The notes under the pieces: generated by a model
Database searches by the model: none
The model's input: only the letters and a program-made list of their open reading frames with translations
What the model was told of the DNA's origin: nothing
Assembly (NCBI GenBank): GCA_964016885.1
Contig: OZ024741.1
Location: forward strand, 363,258,001-363,322,000
DNA from: Eledone cirrhosa
Taxonomy: Eukaryota
DNA length: 64,000 nucleotides
Direction of reading: 5' to 3'
Shown here: one piece after another, positions 61,625 through 64,000 of the stretch
Layout of the letters: the number at the start of each line of letters is the position of its first letter
Position numbering within the stretch: the first letter of the stretch is position 1
Translations under genes and position numbers: made by a program

Positions 61625-63699
61625 TAGTAGGAAATAACTGCCAGCTACTAACTGATTTCTGGGTAGCGTGATATTGCGAAGGACTGAACATAAATGAATC
61701 ATTAACACAAAAGTAAGGAGTTTGAATCTTACTGGTTTTGAACCATGTTCTTTAAGGAATGCAAATTACATATGGAATATGAATTAACATTTTCATTCTA
61801 TGATTGTGAGGACACTATTAAGGACATTGAGTTGTAAACCATTTGTGGAAATATTTAAATTTACTGAACCACTAACCTTTGAAAAGCAGGCATGAAAATA
61901 TTCTTAAATATAATAAAGAAATTTAACTGCAAATTTACAAAATAAAAAAGTATTTGTTTTTATTTTTTATTCCTCAAATATGTTTATGTTCATTTGATTG
62001 AATCAAAAATACATTACAAAATAGTCTTGAAATGTTGTATATCTTGTGACTCTAACTAACTAGTCAGGTTTCCTGCACTTTGCCTCTACTAAAGAGGCTA
62101 GGTTAGCAAGGTAACCTTTATGCAGTCACTCATCCTGTAAGAAATAGCAAGGTAAATCTCTTCTTAAACCACTTATTTTAAAAGAGAGGAAAACTGTACA
62201 ACAAAACAAGTGTTTTAAGGAAAATTTTCCTGCTGAAGCAAGGGGTCCTTTTTGAGGCAATGTCATATAGCCAGTTGCCCATAAATGACCCCCAACCATT
62301 TTTTGTTACCTCTTACAACATGCAGAGTTAGGTGTTCCTATTCTAAACTAGATACAGTGCAAATTTTGAAAACTGCCAGATAAGAAAATGGAATGGTCAC
62401 AGGTGGAGTGCTGTTAGATTAACACAACAATTGGCAGATGTAAGCTTAAAAGAAATTCAGAGATGACTACTTTGTACAAATTAAAAGAATATGAATGTTA
62501 TTCAATTTTTAATGTTCTGTGCCACACAAAACCACATTAGCAAGATATTCTTGAAAATTACTAAACAGCACTATGACGGCATCACGTTGAAACTTTAGGA
62601 GAAATTCTTTACTCTGACACTGCAGATTTTCACAATCTATCCACTTGTAAAGATACTATACATATTTGAATTAACAAACCCATTTTTAGATATTTTATGC
62701 TAAATCATTACAGGATGTTAAAAGTTAATCCTCAGATCAGCCATTCTATCTTATATATCTGGAACTACATTCTACAATACATCCTTTATTTAAGACAGTA
62801 GGGTGTGATAAGAGGAATATTTGGTTGCTATTTCTAACAGGTTGAGTAATCGCATAGGCTAGTAAATGTTGTAAAGTTAGTAGCAACAACAATAAACCCA
62901 TTACCAGATATAAGTGTAGTGCTCCAACTATGCTTATATCTGGTGGAGTACACCCCAGCAGTTCAGTCTGTCATTGGAATCAGATGTCTGTGATTGCTTA
63001 GCATAACCAGTTTTTGTTTATGATTCTGTGGATTCACTGGTTGGAGCTAGCTTTAACTGAATCCACCCACCTAGCTCACCACTAGTAGAACCTACAATAA
63101 TAAAGACTAGATCAGGAATACCCAAACGTTATAGACCATTGACCCCAGACATGTATACAAATAAATAATGATATTAGTAAATAGAATATAAAATAAAGAA
63201 AAAGATTAATTGTATATAAATCAGAAAACAGTATAAGCAAGTTGTACTTTATTGTATTATTTTTTTTAGTAACAAACAGAATACAATAACGAAAATATAA
63301 AAAAAAAATGTAAATAATAAACAGAAAAAGAGAAAAAATGGGAGTGGGGTGGCAAAGATAAATAAATTAAGGGAAGAGATGGGGGAAAACTTTTTGTGAT
63401 GGCAAAAGTGTTGCCAGGGAGAACAGTTAGCCACCTCACCTCACATGACTCCTTCCTCAATTTTGCAGAGGAAAATGACAATCCAGGTACTGTGAATGTC
63501 AATGGTCTTCTGGCACCTGGTGCAAAAAGGAAGCAGTTATTCAAAGCCAGTATTTTGGTTATCTTCTGCTCTTCTTTATTATGAGTGGAAGTGCTTGGGT
63601 TTGTGGACGAAGCAATGATGTTGGCTGTATTTTATGTATTTTCATTTCTTATACAAATGTCAAGTTGTGGCCACAAAGTTCAATGGAGTTTCATCAATC

Positions 63700-64000
63700 A
63701 CTTTGAGGAACCCCTGGTCTAGACTGGAAATAAAGCATGTTCAATCACATGGTACTCCACAATAAGCATTTCAAAATATACTGTGTACTTTTTAACCACA
63801 TAGGTATGGTATATGTGGATCTTCTGATGAAACTAACTACACGGATAAGTCTACTCAACCAAAACTACAAAGTGACACCCTCACCATTAACAAAGAACAT
63901 CACAGATTCAGCCCAGGCTATGCATTCTTATCATTTGATAACTTCACCTCTCTTCATGGATTTCTGGGACATTGTAGAGTTGTCCCACCTTTGGAACTTT
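63700..64000 (+). mobile_element. Highly decayed LINE RT fragment
   Basis: TPGLD, NY..RISLL and HHRFSPG echo APGPDG, NYRPISLL and QHGFRPG in the correct order. Confidence 0.4.

Noticed and set aside
63249-63584. Short ORFs as a terminal exon of a convergent gene
   Set aside because: No recognisable motif or clear splice acceptor; the adjacent sequence looks like a decayed LINE.

Overview
Eukaryotic, very AT-rich, repeat-dominated animal DNA. The SINE/LINE tails and giant (TA)n arrays suggest a cephalopod such as an octopus; this is an inference and was not checked against a database. Bases 1-23.7 kb are a (TA)n microsatellite tract packed with retroelement insertions: two Penelope-like elements (PLEs), a CR1-group LINE, an RTE LINE, three near-identical tRNA-head SINEs that share the RTE 3' tail, and several non-coding inserts carrying hammerhead ribozymes (HHRs). 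The most striking feature is at 12331-14634. It is a near-perfect 310-bp tandem array in two head-to-head arms, where every full unit carries a minimal type I HHR inside a highly self-complementary sequence, consistent with a non-LTR retrozyme (a genome-encoded, viroid-like circular RNA). A second, unrelated HHR family occurs at 3.3-3.6 kb and 7.8-8.25 kb, the latter also head-to-head. Further HHRs lie at 1350 (inverted PLE pseudo-LTR) and 6474, with a possible variant at 17575. That gives 12 well-formed HHR motifs plus one variant. The rest of the window holds decayed SINEs, MITEs and LINEs (mariner, RTE, Tx1/L1, CR1), a candidate small spliced orphan gene (34610-35282), a 4.6-kb TA/TG microsatellite, and an intact intronless DEAD-box helicase gene, DDX31/Dbp7 (59540-61624). 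The long poly-(IY) ORFs are microsatellite artefacts.
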